Of a DNA stretch of 64,000 nucleotides, positions 26,583 through 36,347 are shown piece by piece. Origin of the DNA: a virus (taxonomy: Duplodnaviria; Caudoviricetes). The notes under the pieces are model-generated. The model had not been told where the DNA came from. It worked only from the letters and a program-made list of their open reading frames with translations, and did not search any database. Every line of letters starts with the position of its first letter. Position 1 is the stretch's first letter. Location of the stretch: the IMG/VR virus record IMGVR_UViG_2706795618_000001, positions 13,833 through 77,832 of that record; one strand, 5' to 3'. A program made the translations under genes and the position numbers.

Positions 26583-26977
26583 CCGGCCGGCACCGCGGCA
26601 AACGGCTTTCCGACCGCACCAAGGACCGCCTGGCCGTCCTGCTGCTACTGATGACCAGCCTGGGGCTGGGAGCCGTGTGGCACTACGCCGGTCAGGCCAG
26701 CGCACTGACCGCCGCAATGGTCGTCACGGTCGAGACCGGATGGACCGACTGTGCCGACCTGACGGCCCCCGACATGCACAACCAGGACCAGGTGGTCACC
26801 GCCCTGGTGTGCGATCCCCCGGGCCCGCCCGTCACCTACGTGGTGCACCCCGGCCAGATGTACGGCGCGGCCGTCTTTTCCCCCGGTAACCCCGTGTTCT
26901 GCCGCGTCGTGATCAGCGGCCGAGAGGACACGTTCCAAGCGGCCATTGGTGCCGCGAATTGCCTGGCCCGCTTCTAG
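26579..26977 (+). CDS. Membrane-anchored hypothetical protein
   Basis: ATGA overlap; TM segment, paired Cys. Confidence 0.7.
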   Translation: MTGRHRGKRLSDRTKDRLAVLLLLMTSLGLGAVWHYAGQASALTAAMVVTVETGWTDCADLTAPDMHNQDQVVTALVCDPPGPPVTYVVHPGQMYGAAVFSPGNPVFCRVVISGREDTFQAAIGAANCLARF

Positions 26978-27026
26978 CGGCTCCAGCACCTCACCCAACC
27001 CAGTACCACCCAAGGAGCACCACCCA

Positions 27027-27641
27027 ATGTCGAAACACCTGGTCGTGGTGGATGTCGAATCCACCGGCCTCGTTGCCGAACGTCACGTGCCGCTTGAAGT
27101 TGCGGCCATCAACGTGACGACGGGCGAGGAGTTGTATTTCGTCCCGTTCCTCCACCCCGAGGATCTGGCCAACGCCGAACCCGAGGCCATGCAGCTCAAC
27201 CGGTACTTCGAGCGCGGGGTGTGGCGTCTCGCGCTACCCCAGGCTGAGACCGAGACCCGCTACCGCCAGCTGTTCGACATGTTGTCGGGCAACACATTCG
27301 GCGGGGCCAACGCGCGGTTCGACGCCGAGATGGTCCGGTACGGCTACGCCCGCGCCCGGCAGGGCGTGCAGGTCAACCGCTCCATGTCGTCGCTGATGGT
27401 GCCCGACGAGACGTGGCACCACCGGCTGTCGGAGGTCCAGTCGTACTACTGCGGCGTCATGGGGACCGACCCCGCCGAGCCGCCCAGCCTGATCGCCATC
27501 ACCGAGCAGCTGGGGCTCATGTACCCGGAGGACCAGCAGCACAGCGCACTGGCCGATGCCCGCGTCACCGCTGAGGCCTATCGCCGCTTGAAGACCAGCC
27601 GCACCGCAACCCCCGACGTAAACGAGGAGCCCAAGTTCTGA
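27027..27641 (+). CDS. DnaQ-like 3'-5' exonuclease
   Basis: VVVDVESTGL, ANARFD, HSALADA (DEDDh motifs). Confidence 0.9.
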   Translation: MSKHLVVVDVESTGLVAERHVPLEVAAINVTTGEELYFVPFLHPEDLANAEPEAMQLNRYFERGVWRLALPQAETETRYRQLFDMLSGNTFGGANARFDAEMVRYGYARARQGVQVNRSMSSLMVPDETWHHRLSEVQSYYCGVMGTDPAEPPSLIAITEQLGLMYPEDQQHSALADARVTAEAYRRLKTSRTATPDVNEEPKF

Positions 27642-28000
27642 TGTCCAACTTCCGCCAGATGATCGCCGACGCCGCCGACCGCATCCGCGAGGAGGAGCAG
27701 CGCCCGATCAGCACCGACCAGCCGACCGACGACAAGCGCGAGACGTACAGCCTTTCCAACGCAACGCTTTACGGCCTGCAGCTGATGGGCCACGTGTATG
27801 GCGGGACCGTGCCCCCGGAGGTTGTGGCCAAGCGGCGCGCCAAGAACCGCCACGCGCGGCGCGCCCGGCGCGGTAACACCGCGGCCATCCGTCGCCAGGC
27901 CCGGAGTAACCGAGTGGCCAACCGGTTCAACCGGTTTGGCTACGCCCACAACATGAACCCGCTGGGCCGGGTGATCGAGGCCGAGGTGGTGGACGAGTGA
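27641..28000 (+). CDS. Hypothetical Arg-rich protein
   Basis: TGATG junction; HVYGGTVP motif. Confidence 0.7.
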   Translation: MSNFRQMIADAADRIREEEQRPISTDQPTDDKRETYSLSNATLYGLQLMGHVYGGTVPPEVVAKRRAKNRHARRARRGNTAAIRRQARSNRVANRFNRFGYAHNMNPLGRVIEAEVVDE

Positions 28001-28233
28001 TCGTCGCCGCGCTGGGGCTGGCCGCCGCGCTGCTGGTGATCGGTCTGAAAGCACAGGAGCCCGTCGTGATTGCGATGGGTGGCGTTCTGGTGTTGGTGGC
28101 CATCTACTGGGCCGTGCGCGACGAGATCGCGTGCCGGGGTGAGACGTTCGGGGCCTGTGGCGTCCGGGGGTGCCGTCGTTGCCGTCCCCTGTTCGACCGT
28201 GACAACCGCCATATTCCGGGGTCGGACCGATGA
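27997..28233 (+). CDS. Small membrane protein
   Basis: Two hydrophobic helices; GTGA overlap. Confidence 0.65.
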   Translation: MIVAALGLAAALLVIGLKAQEPVVIAMGGVLVLVAIYWAVRDEIACRGETFGACGVRGCRRCRPLFDRDNRHIPGSDR

Positions 28234-28520
28234 GCAAGCATCTGGTGGTCGAGGAGTTCGACCGCTCCATCCTGCTCGACATCTGGCTGGATGGGTTCAC
28301 GTCCGGCCTGACCACGGCAGCCAAGGACATCGCCAAATGCAGTGACGAAATGGCCGACAAGTTCGCCGATGACATCGCTCTGGCCGTCAAGAATGACCCG
28401 GCCTCAATGGAAATGGTGCGCCGTGAGGTGTTGGAGCGCGTAACGGGCCTCTTCGACCCGAACAGGGGAACGCGGGAACTTGGGATCGAGCGGGGGCCGG
28501 AGCGGGGGCCGGAGCGATGA
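28230..28520 (+). CDS. Hypothetical protein
   Basis: ATGA overlaps. Confidence 0.7.
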   Translation: MSKHLVVEEFDRSILLDIWLDGFTSGLTTAAKDIAKCSDEMADKFADDIALAVKNDPASMEMVRREVLERVTGLFDPNRGTRELGIERGPERGPER

Positions 28521-29293
28521 CCACCGCGTGCAGCAAGTGCCGTCAGCGGCCCGCCACGGGTGGGCGTGGGCTGTGTGAGAACTGCTGGGCTGTCAACCGA
28601 CGCAAGCTGATGGCGTACGGGCGTTGGGATCCTGACCAGCTGGACCCCACGCCGACCCGGCAGCATCTTGCTGCGCTCCAGCAGTGGGGTATGGGCACCC
28701 GTCGTCTGCAGGAGCTGACGGGGCTGTCACGTCCCACGCTGCAGGGGATTCCCGACGCCGCGTGGGTGACGCGCAAGACGGAGGCCGCACTGCTGGCGGT
28801 TCCCATCCCCACCACGGTGTTCGACCCCGTGCTGGCCGACGGCACGCAGATCAGCAGCGTGGGGTCACGTCGCCGACTGTGCGCGCTGTCGGCCATCGGG
28901 TGGAGCGGTGAAGCGCTGGCCGAGCAGCTGGGTGTGATGCGACACCGGGTCCAGGCCATCACCAGCGGACGGCAACCCAAGGTCACCGTGGCGCGGGCGC
29001 GCGACATCGCCCACCTGTTCAACCGGCTGCAGTTGACCGAGGGGCCGAGCCGCAAGGCGCGCCGGGTGGCCCAGCTCAAGGGGTGGCCGCTGCCGCTGCA
29101 GTGGGACGAGGACCGTCTGGACGACCCGAGGGCCAAGCCCCACAAGCGTCGGGGGCCGAAGGGCAGCGCGGAGGACCGGATCACCGAGCTGTACGAGCTG
29201 GGTATCCGCGACACCGAGGCGATGGCCGAGCGGTTGGGGATCAAACCGGAATCGGTTGTGCGCCAGATTAACCGGATGAGGGCCGCGTCATGA
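28517..29293 (+). CDS. DNA-binding protein (Zn finger plus several HTH)
   Basis: CSKC/CENC; RRLCALSAIGWS...LAEQLG; LPLQWDED. Confidence 0.75.
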   Translation: MTTACSKCRQRPATGGRGLCENCWAVNRRKLMAYGRWDPDQLDPTPTRQHLAALQQWGMGTRRLQELTGLSRPTLQGIPDAAWVTRKTEAALLAVPIPTTVFDPVLADGTQISSVGSRRRLCALSAIGWSGEALAEQLGVMRHRVQAITSGRQPKVTVARARDIAHLFNRLQLTEGPSRKARRVAQLKGWPLPLQWDEDRLDDPRAKPHKRRGPKGSAEDRITELYELGIRDTEAMAERLGIKPESVVRQINRMRAAS

Positions 29294-29442
29294 GGCCGTC
29301 GAATCCGTTGGTGCTGTTCACGTTCATCTGCGTGCAGTGCGACGACACGTTCCAGTGCAACCGACCGGTGGCCATCTGCCTCAAGTGTGCCCGCGAATGC
29401 GGGATCGAACAGGACCACTACAGCCACGGAGGTGTCGCGTGA
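29290..29442 (+). CDS. Small Cys-rich protein
   Basis: ATGA overlap; CVQC/CLKC. Confidence 0.55.
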   Translation: MRPSNPLVLFTFICVQCDDTFQCNRPVAICLKCARECGIEQDHYSHGGVA

Positions 29443-29636
29443 GCAGGGCAAAACCAGTACCGGGCAAGGTGACGGCCAAGCAGACCCGCGACGGGTGGAT
29501 GTGGCGGTGGGAGTCGCCGCTGGGGACACCGCATCTGGGTGCCGACCGCCACGAGACGGAGGCCAAAGCGCTGGCCGCCGGCCGTCGGTTCGCGCGTAAG
29601 CAGACCAGCCGCCGACCCGTCGAGGACGACCAGTGA
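29439..29636 (+). CDS. Small hypothetical protein
   Basis: GTGA overlaps on both sides. Confidence 0.55.
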   Translation: MSRAKPVPGKVTAKQTRDGWMWRWESPLGTPHLGADRHETEAKALAAGRRFARKQTSRRPVEDDQ

Positions 29637-29803
29637 CGCCCCGGCTGTGCCCCGTGTGCTGGCAGGGCGTCACCGCCACACCCGTGGCGCATCAGGTGCA
29701 TGTCCACCTCGACAAAGCGGGGGCCAAGTGTCCGATGTCGGGCCACAACTTCTGGCTGTGCTACCCCGCGGCCAACGATCCCAAGCTGCGGGGTGCCGCG
29801 TGA
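29633..29803 (+). CDS. Small Zn-binding protein (below ORF-track cutoff)
   Basis: Translates MTPRLCPVCWQGV...HLDKAGAKCPMSG. Confidence 0.6.
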   Translation: MTPRLCPVCWQGVTATPVAHQVHVHLDKAGAKCPMSGHNFWLCYPAANDPKLRGAA

Positions 29804-30150
29804 CGGATCAGCCGATGTCGGCCGATGGCTTGGCGTGGAACGAGGCGTTGACGCGCAACGCCATCAAGTCGGGCCGGTCAATGGGGCTGTGTGAGTGGCA
29901 CGGCGACCATCCCGCGACCGACATGCACCACCGTCGCAACGCCAGCCAGGGCGGTAAGTGGCACCCGGCCAACATCATCCACATCTGCCGGGAGCTGCAT
30001 CACGAAATCACGGTCAACCCCGAGTGGGCACATTCCGTGGGCCTGACGCTGTGGAACGGCGAGAACCCGGCCGATACCCCGGTCCAGCTGGGCAGCTTCC
30101 ACATGTGGCTGACCGACGCGCTGATCGCCAAAGCGGGCCAAAACGCATGA
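29800..30150 (+). CDS. HNH-like endonuclease
   Basis: CEWH...HHRR..SQGG.W..ANI.HIC..HH. Confidence 0.7.
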   Translation: MTDQPMSADGLAWNEALTRNAIKSGRSMGLCEWHGDHPATDMHHRRNASQGGKWHPANIIHICRELHHEITVNPEWAHSVGLTLWNGENPADTPVQLGSFHMWLTDALIAKAGQNA

Positions 30151-30194
30151 GCACCAACACCTTTTAACCCACCACCACTGAAGGAGATATTGCG

Positions 30195-31148
30195 ATGAGT
30201 CAACCAGCGCCGATGATCGACGGCGACCACATGGAGGTGATCGCGCCGCGGGTCACGTACAACACGGTGGCGGTGTCATCACTGCTGGCCCAGAAGTGGA
30301 TCGACCAGCACAACACCCGCAACCGGCCGGTCAACGAGCGCGCGGTGATGCGCTACCAGAACGACATGGAGTCGGGCCGTTGGGCTTTCGCAGCTGACCC
30401 CATCCGGTTCGACCGCGACGGCGTGCTGCTCGACGGCCAGCACCGGCTGATCGCCCTGGCCAACTGCGTACCCGCCATGACGATTCCGTTCCTGGTGGTG
30501 CGCGGTCTGGACCCCGAGGCCCAGGCCGCGATGGACCAGGGACACAAGCGCACCACCGGCCAGCAGCTGGCACTGCACCGTGTAGCCAACAGCAACCACG
30601 TCGCCTCTGCAGCGTTCCAGCACCTGGTGTGGGAGCGGGGGTTGCTGTTCACCGACGGCAAGGTGCAGCGCGGGCAGGTGACCACTGCGGTGGTGCTGGA
30701 TTGGGTTCTGGAGAACGAGGACATCGTGACCCAGTTCAACGCCATGACCACGATGATTCGGCGCTGCGGTGCCCGACCGGGCGTGATGGGCGGGTTCGTC
30801 GTGTCGGCCCTGACCCGGGTGGATCACCGGGCGGTCGCGTCGTTCATCACCCTGCTGGACAAGCTGTCGAATCTTGGTGAGGGCCACCCGATCCTGGCGC
30901 TCAGCCACCGATTCATGCGGGCCAAGCGCGACGGGCTGAAGTTCTCCGACCGTGACCAGCTGGGGGTGACGGTGGCGGCGTGGAACCACTGGATGAACGG
31001 CCGGACAGTCAGCAAGCTGCAGGCCCCCAAGGGTGGGTGGTCGCGCGACAACTTCCCGGCAATCGAACCGCCGGGCAAGAAGTTCGACTACGCCGAGTGT
31101 GAGCGCGGCTACGACATGTTCCTGGCCACCATCGGTGGTGCCCGATGA
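30195..31148 (+). CDS. ParB/Srx-like N-terminal domain protein
   Basis: NRPV...M..GRW..., LLDGQHRL motif; strong RBS. Confidence 0.75.
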   Translation: MSQPAPMIDGDHMEVIAPRVTYNTVAVSSLLAQKWIDQHNTRNRPVNERAVMRYQNDMESGRWAFAADPIRFDRDGVLLDGQHRLIALANCVPAMTIPFLVVRGLDPEAQAAMDQGHKRTTGQQLALHRVANSNHVASAAFQHLVWERGLLFTDGKVQRGQVTTAVVLDWVLENEDIVTQFNAMTTMIRRCGARPGVMGGFVVSALTRVDHRAVASFITLLDKLSNLGEGHPILALSHRFMRAKRDGLKFSDRDQLGVTVAAWNHWMNGRTVSKLQAPKGGWSRDNFPAIEPPGKKFDYAECERGYDMFLATIGGAR

Positions 31149-32074
31149 GCGTCAAGATCGCGCCGGGCAGCGAGGAGTGGCACAAGCTCATCACGCCGTC
31201 GAAGGTGGCGGCCATCCTGGGCGTCAGCCGGTGGGAGTCGCCATATCGGTTGTGGCACCGGATGAAAGGCCTTGTGCCGCCGGAACCGGAGAAGGACATC
31301 TTCACCGTGGGCCACGCTTTCGAGCCCGCGCTGGCCTATCTGTGGAAGGAGGACAACCCCGACTGGCAGCTGTCGCCGGGAGAGGTCCAGATCGTGGGTG
31401 ACCCGGCCGAGCTGGGGTTCCCGTTCGCGGTGACGCTGGACCGCCGAGCCCGTCGGGGAGGCTACCGCCGGGTGGTGGAGTTCAAGACGGCCCGGTCGCT
31501 GGAGGAATGGGGCGACGAGTTCACCGACCAGGCCCCAGCGGATTACGTGGCCCAGGTCAGCGCGCAGATGTTGTTCGCCGGCCCCGCGTTCCAGAAGCAC
31601 CCGGCCCACCTGTGCGTCCTGGGGCCGTGGTTGAAGCACCACACGTACCACATCGAACCCAGTGACGACGTGTTCAAGCTGATCACCGACCGGTGCGCGG
31701 CGTTCTACGCATCGCTGGCCGAGGACACCCCACCACCGCTGGACGACACCGTGGCGACCTACGAGTGCGTGCGGGAGCTGCACCCCGACATCGACCGGGG
31801 GACTGAGGCCATCATCCCGATGGAGCTGGCAGACGAATGGCACGGCGCGGCAGCGCAACTGAAGTCGATGACCAAGACGGAGCGCGGGGCCAAGACTCGC
31901 GTGCTCGACCTGATGGGCCGCGCGCAGTACGGCGTGGTCCAGCTGGGTGAAGACGAGAAATACACCGTGGCGCGCCGTCAGGCAAACGGCAAAGGAACGG
32001 TGTCGCTGTACGTCGTTGAGCCCAAACCACCTGTAACCCAACCCAACACCGAAATGGAAGGTGCATCCGCATGA
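31145..32074 (+). CDS. YqaJ/RecE-like exonuclease
   Basis: ITPSKVAAILG.S.W.SP, GH.FEP, TLD, VEFKT motifs. Confidence 0.85.
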   Translation: MSVKIAPGSEEWHKLITPSKVAAILGVSRWESPYRLWHRMKGLVPPEPEKDIFTVGHAFEPALAYLWKEDNPDWQLSPGEVQIVGDPAELGFPFAVTLDRRARRGGYRRVVEFKTARSLEEWGDEFTDQAPADYVAQVSAQMLFAGPAFQKHPAHLCVLGPWLKHHTYHIEPSDDVFKLITDRCAAFYASLAEDTPPPLDDTVATYECVRELHPDIDRGTEAIIPMELADEWHGAAAQLKSMTKTERGAKTRVLDLMGRAQYGVVQLGEDEKYTVARRQANGKGTVSLYVVEPKPPVTQPNTEMEGASA

Positions 32075-33222
32075 CCGAGCAGTCAACCGATGTAGTGGTC
32101 CCCGACGAGCAGGACGTTCAGCCGTTCGACACCACCGAGCTGTACACCGCCCCAACGACACCCGCACTGCAGCGGATGGGCGCGGAGGCCGCGGCGATGG
32201 ACACGGCGTTCCGAATCGCCAAGGCGATGTCCAAGACCAACATGGTGCCCCAGCGGTTCCAGTGGTACTACGTCCCGACCAACAACAACCCCAACCGTGA
32301 GTGCCAAGGCATCAACGCGGCCTACGACTTGGCCGGGGCCATCATGTACGGGTCGGAGATTGGCCTGTCGGCGCTCCAAGCGGCCCAGAACGTGTTCCCG
32401 GTCCACGGTCAGCCCGCCGTCTATGCCAAGACGATGGTGGCCCAGATCCGCGCGTGGATCGACCAGAACGGCAGCGGGGGCGGCCCGGACGGCGACGACA
32501 TCTGGGAAGTCAGCGCCAGCCCGGAGCGGGTGGTGTGGGCCGGTCGGCGTAATGGCAAGACGGCCAGCGCGGAATGGACCATCGAGCGCGCCGACCGGGC
32601 GGGATTCACCCGCAACCCGCTGTACCAGAAGATGCCCACGGAAATGCTGCGGGCCAAGGCCCAGACCGAGGTGTCCCGAATCCTGTGGCCCGACGTGCTG
32701 TTGGGCATGTCGAACAGCGTCGAGGATCTGCAGCTGGCCGACGGCACCGTGGTGCAGCGGGTCACCTCGTCGCGGCCGACCAAGGCCAAGGGCGTGGCGG
32801 GCCTGCTGGCCCAGGCGGGGCAAGCCACGGCCATCGAGCAGCGGCACCCCGCTGAGCCGGGACCGGCCGATCAGTCGGTCGAGCAGGCCCCCATCCCCGA
32901 GCAGCAACCAATCCCCGCGGCCGAACCCCAAGCCGCGCAGGGTGACCCCGCACCCGCCGTCGGTGACGACGACCCGGCGGCGGGCGCGGCACCAGAGGAG
33001 CCCGCGCTGGTCAGCCGTAAGCAGCTGACCGAGGTCAAGCGCGCATTGGCCAAGGAGACGTTCACCAACCCCAAGGGGGAGGACACGTTGGCCTACGTCG
33101 GCCAGATCATCGGCGGCGCAATCACCGATCTGGCCGAGCTGACGGAAGCCCAAGCAGCCGAGGTGCTTTCGATCCTGACCGCCACCCCCACCACTGAGAA
33201 CAGCGAGGAGAGCAGCAAGTGA
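32071..33222 (+). CDS. RecT-like ssDNA annealing protein
   Basis: Follows exonuclease; AIMYGSEIGL...VHGQP, TIERA..AG, P.EML.AKA. Confidence 0.7.
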   Translation: MTEQSTDVVVPDEQDVQPFDTTELYTAPTTPALQRMGAEAAAMDTAFRIAKAMSKTNMVPQRFQWYYVPTNNNPNRECQGINAAYDLAGAIMYGSEIGLSALQAAQNVFPVHGQPAVYAKTMVAQIRAWIDQNGSGGGPDGDDIWEVSASPERVVWAGRRNGKTASAEWTIERADRAGFTRNPLYQKMPTEMLRAKAQTEVSRILWPDVLLGMSNSVEDLQLADGTVVQRVTSSRPTKAKGVAGLLAQAGQATAIEQRHPAEPGPADQSVEQAPIPEQQPIPAAEPQAAQGDPAPAVGDDDPAAGAAPEEPALVSRKQLTEVKRALAKETFTNPKGEDTLAYVGQIIGGAITDLAELTEAQAAEVLSILTATPTTENSEESSK

Positions 33223-34004
33223 GCGACGAAACCAACACCACGACAGTCGATTCCGAGTACTCCGACGAGGCCATCATCGCCTTTCAGGGCCGGTCGGGAT
33301 CGCTGTCCAACCCGCCGCAGCTGGGTGACAGCCGCCGGTACGTGATCGCGGGCACCTGCGTGAAGGTGTCGGACGAACTGCAGGACAACGGCGACACCAA
33401 GACGGTGTGCACCATCAAGGCGCGCAACGTCTATGAGATCGGGGTCCAGAAGCCCGACGACGGCGCGGGGTTGTTCCGGGAGCCCTGCCCCCACTGCGGT
33501 CACGCCGAGACCCCGGGTGATGTGGTTGACGGGGAGTTCACCGACGAGGACGGCAGCGACGAGCCTGCCGCGATTACCACCCCTCAGCTGGCCATCGAGT
33601 CGGGCAGCAGCGACGACGACGTGGTGGACGCCGAGGTGGTCGAAGATCCCGACTACGACGAGGGGGACTACCCCGAGCCCACGGGGTTGGCCGACGACGA
33701 GGAGGGGTCGGAGGACACCAGCGGTCTGGAGTCGGACAACGACGGCTACGAGCCCAGCGGCATGGACGAATTCGTAGCCCAGGCCGACGACGAGGGCCAG
33801 GTGGCTGACGACGCCGAGGTGGAGGAGATGGCGGCCGAGAACGAGGCCGCCGACCAGGAGCCTGGACCCGACGGGGTGGAGTCGGACGAGGAGCGGGAGG
33901 CCCGGGAGGAACGCAACCGCAAGGCGCGGGAGCGCTACGCGGCCCGCAAGCAGCGCGAGCGTGAGCAGCGCGAGCAGGGCGACGACCCCGAAGGCGACGA
34001 GTAG
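33219..34004 (+). CDS. Highly acidic hypothetical protein
   Basis: D/E-rich C-terminal half, basic RNRKARER tail. Confidence 0.7.
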   Translation: MSDETNTTTVDSEYSDEAIIAFQGRSGSLSNPPQLGDSRRYVIAGTCVKVSDELQDNGDTKTVCTIKARNVYEIGVQKPDDGAGLFREPCPHCGHAETPGDVVDGEFTDEDGSDEPAAITTPQLAIESGSSDDDVVDAEVVEDPDYDEGDYPEPTGLADDEEGSEDTSGLESDNDGYEPSGMDEFVAQADDEGQVADDAEVEEMAAENEAADQEPGPDGVESDEEREAREERNRKARERYAARKQREREQREQGDDPEGDE

Positions 34005-34249
34005 TGACGCCCAACGAGCACTACACCGAGGCCGAACGCCTTCTGGCCAAAGGGGTCGAGGTGGTCAACCGAATCGGCGCGCTGGCCGAGAAGCGGGACG
34101 CCACCACCGTCTATGACCAGACGTACGACCAGCTGACCGAACAGATGGACGAACTGGGCCAGAAGGTCATGGGTATCTGGGCTCAGGCCCAAGTCCACGC
34201 CACGTTGGCCAACGCGCCGCTGGAGCAGATCGAAGTGGTGGGGCGCTGA
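34004..34249 (+). CDS. Hypothetical protein
   Basis: HYTEAERLL motif; tight packing. Confidence 0.7.
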   Translation: MTPNEHYTEAERLLAKGVEVVNRIGALAEKRDATTVYDQTYDQLTEQMDELGQKVMGIWAQAQVHATLANAPLEQIEVVGR

Positions 34250-34602
34250 TGGCCTCGCGTAAGGAATTCCCGATGGCCACCGTCCTGACGGTGGTCACCG
34301 GGAAGTTCCTGGTCCCCGTGGCCCAGGTCCAACAGCTGGTGGAGTGGATGACCGGGGCACCGGTCCCACCCCACCAGATTCGCCGCGCGGCCCGCGAGTG
34401 CCGCGACTACCTGCGTGAGCAGTACGGGTGGATGGCGGGGGTGTCGCTGTCGGAAGAGGACGCGGCCAAACCAGAGGCGTTCCTGCGGCACTGGGCCAAA
34501 GAGCGCGGGGCCAGCATGGGCGTGCCCCAGCTGCCCGCCGGCCGATACCAGCCACCCGACCCCATCGTGGACTTTGCCAACGCCGGGGGGTTCGACCAGT
34601 GA
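34249..34602 (+). CDS. Hypothetical protein
   Basis: Tight packing; VLTVVTGKFL...WMTG...HQI. Confidence 0.7.
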   Translation: MASRKEFPMATVLTVVTGKFLVPVAQVQQLVEWMTGAPVPPHQIRRAARECRDYLREQYGWMAGVSLSEEDAAKPEAFLRHWAKERGASMGVPQLPAGRYQPPDPIVDFANAGGFDQ

Positions 34603-34805
34603 GCTACCACGTGCTGGTCGTCCAGTCGGTCAGCGAGGTTGTCGAGGTGCCTGACGGCGAGGCCCAAACGGTCGAGCAGGCAATTGATTACGCCGTGGGC
34701 ATGGCCGACGTGCCCAACATTTCCAACGAGTTCGACGCCGACGGCGACCCGCGAGCAATCAAGGTCACCGCTGACGACGGCACGATCCTCTGGGAGGACA
34801 AGTAA
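34599..34805 (+). CDS. Small acidic hypothetical protein
   Basis: GTGA overlap; coding-like GC3. Confidence 0.6.
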   Translation: MSYHVLVVQSVSEVVEVPDGEAQTVEQAIDYAVGMADVPNISNEFDADGDPRAIKVTADDGTILWEDK

Positions 34806-34807
34806 CA

Positions 34808-35107
34808 GTGACGGACTTCTCCGACCTGTTCCCACAGGCCAGCCGCAACACCGCCCACTACCGGGGTGATGTCACCAAATCGCTACTGGCACAGACCCGG
34901 CCGTTCGGCCCCGACATGCACGGTGCGGCCTACACGTGTGTGTCGGCCACCTACGACGCGGCCACCGACCGCACAACCGCGACGTTTCGCCCCATCCCAC
35001 CGCGACAGAAGGACACCAATGGAGACCGACCTGCTCAAACCGCTACTGGCCCAAGCCGTTCGCAGCGGCGCGCAGCTGCTCGCCGAGCACGGCGCAAAGG
35101 TCGCTGA
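34808..35107 (+). CDS. Hypothetical protein
   Basis: TRPFGPDMHGA...ATYDAATDRT motif. Confidence 0.6.
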   Translation: MTDFSDLFPQASRNTAHYRGDVTKSLLAQTRPFGPDMHGAAYTCVSATYDAATDRTTATFRPIPPRQKDTNGDRPAQTATGPSRSQRRAAARRARRKGR

Positions 35108-35576
35108 CGAGGCGCTGGCAGTGGCCGACCGTGTGGGCCAGAAGGTGGCCGAGTACCTGACGCGCGGCGGTCGGCTGGACCCCGCCACGGGGCTGGTCCA
35201 CTGCGAAATGTGTGGTGCCGGTCCCATCCCAGCGGGGGATGAGGAGGACCAGCCGTGGGTGTGCCAGATGTGCGCCGCGGTGCTGGGGTGGGACGGCGTT
35301 ACTGGCCGGGTGACGTTCCAGGCCAGGGTGTTCGGCACGCCGTACATCCCGCCGTCGGAGGTCGAACAGCTGACCGACAAGCACCACGGCTGGGTGTGGC
35401 GCGACAACGACGACGACGAGCTGCGCGGTACCGCCGAGGGCTGGCAGATGCGTTCCAAGGAGTCAGGTAGTTGGTCGCGGTGGGTGGGCCTGGGCGTCTT
35501 CCAGAACCCGGCCAGCTTGCTGACCAGCAACGGACCGTATACCCGTGTGCGGCCGATTGATCGGAGCGAGCGGTGA
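35019..35576 (+). CDS. Hypothetical protein with Zn ribbon
   Basis: RBS GAAGGA; CEMC/CQMC. Confidence 0.6.
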   Translation: METDLLKPLLAQAVRSGAQLLAEHGAKVADEALAVADRVGQKVAEYLTRGGRLDPATGLVHCEMCGAGPIPAGDEEDQPWVCQMCAAVLGWDGVTGRVTFQARVFGTPYIPPSEVEQLTDKHHGWVWRDNDDDELRGTAEGWQMRSKESGSWSRWVGLGVFQNPASLLTSNGPYTRVRPIDRSER

Positions 35577-35992
35577 GCGCCGACGACCAGCCCCAGGGCG
35601 CGCCCGTGTTCATGGTCGGGGGCAACGAGTTCCACCTGCTGGGGTACGCCACCGAAGAAGGATTCGGCCGCGCGGTGGTGGCCGACGAAGACAAGGTGAT
35701 CGCCCCTTACCAGCCGCCGTGCGACGAGGTGGTGGTGGTGTGCGACGACTGCCCCACCACCAGGGACGAAAAGTACGGGGCCGACGTGAAAGCCGAGTGG
35801 GTGTTCCCCAAGGCTGACGACGCCTGGGAGAAGGCCGAGGCGTTCGCCAAGCGCCACAACAGCCTTCAGAACCACAAGGTCAGCGTGCTGGGCCGAACCA
35901 CCCTGGCGTTCAAGCTCAACCCCGGCGCGGGCGACGGGTACGCCAACTGGGACTACATGCTGGGCCAGGGTGACGCGGGGGCCGACCGATGA
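35573..35992 (+). CDS. Hypothetical protein
   Basis: GTGA overlap. Confidence 0.65.
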   Translation: MSADDQPQGAPVFMVGGNEFHLLGYATEEGFGRAVVADEDKVIAPYQPPCDEVVVVCDDCPTTRDEKYGADVKAEWVFPKADDAWEKAEAFAKRHNSLQNHKVSVLGRTTLAFKLNPGAGDGYANWDYMLGQGDAGADR

Positions 35993-36198
35993 GCGCGCCA
36001 CAGCCGGGGAGCCAGGACCACCACAAGGTGGAGCTGATCGCCATCGGCCCCGACACCGACGACATCGCCCTGGCGGTACTGGTCCACGCCGACGGCCGGG
36101 TCCGGTTCAACGGCACAGGTGCTCACGACCGCGAGTGGATGGCCGAGACGTTGGAACGCATCGTCGCGGCGCTGAGGACTGAGCCCAATGGCAAGTGA
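35989..36198 (+). CDS. Small hypothetical protein
   Basis: ATGA overlap. Confidence 0.6.
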   Translation: MSAPQPGSQDHHKVELIAIGPDTDDIALAVLVHADGRVRFNGTGAHDREWMAETLERIVAALRTEPNGK

Positions 36199-36346
36199 CG
36201 ACAACATGATCGCCGTCTACGAGGCCCAGGAATCGCGGTCGGCCCGTGACGCCATGACGGAGATGGACCGCGCGGCGTTCGAGCCCGACCACGGCGACGA
36301 CGAGGTACAGGCGGCGTTGGCCCGCCGTCGGGGGAGGGGGTGGTGA
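36188..36346 (+). CDS. Small hypothetical protein
   Basis: Open frame MASDDNMIAVYEAQ..., fills the gap. Confidence 0.5.
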   Translation: MASDDNMIAVYEAQESRSARDAMTEMDRAAFEPDHGDDEVQAALARRRGRGW

Positions 36347-36347
36347 T

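Noticed and set aside
28488-28516. 12-bp tandem duplication GAGCGGGGGCCG at a gene end
   Set aside because: In-frame micro-duplication in a terminal tail with no functional evidence
29633-29803. Suspected frameshifted pseudogene
   Set aside because: Re-reading shows an intact 56-aa frame, merely below the ORF-track cutoff
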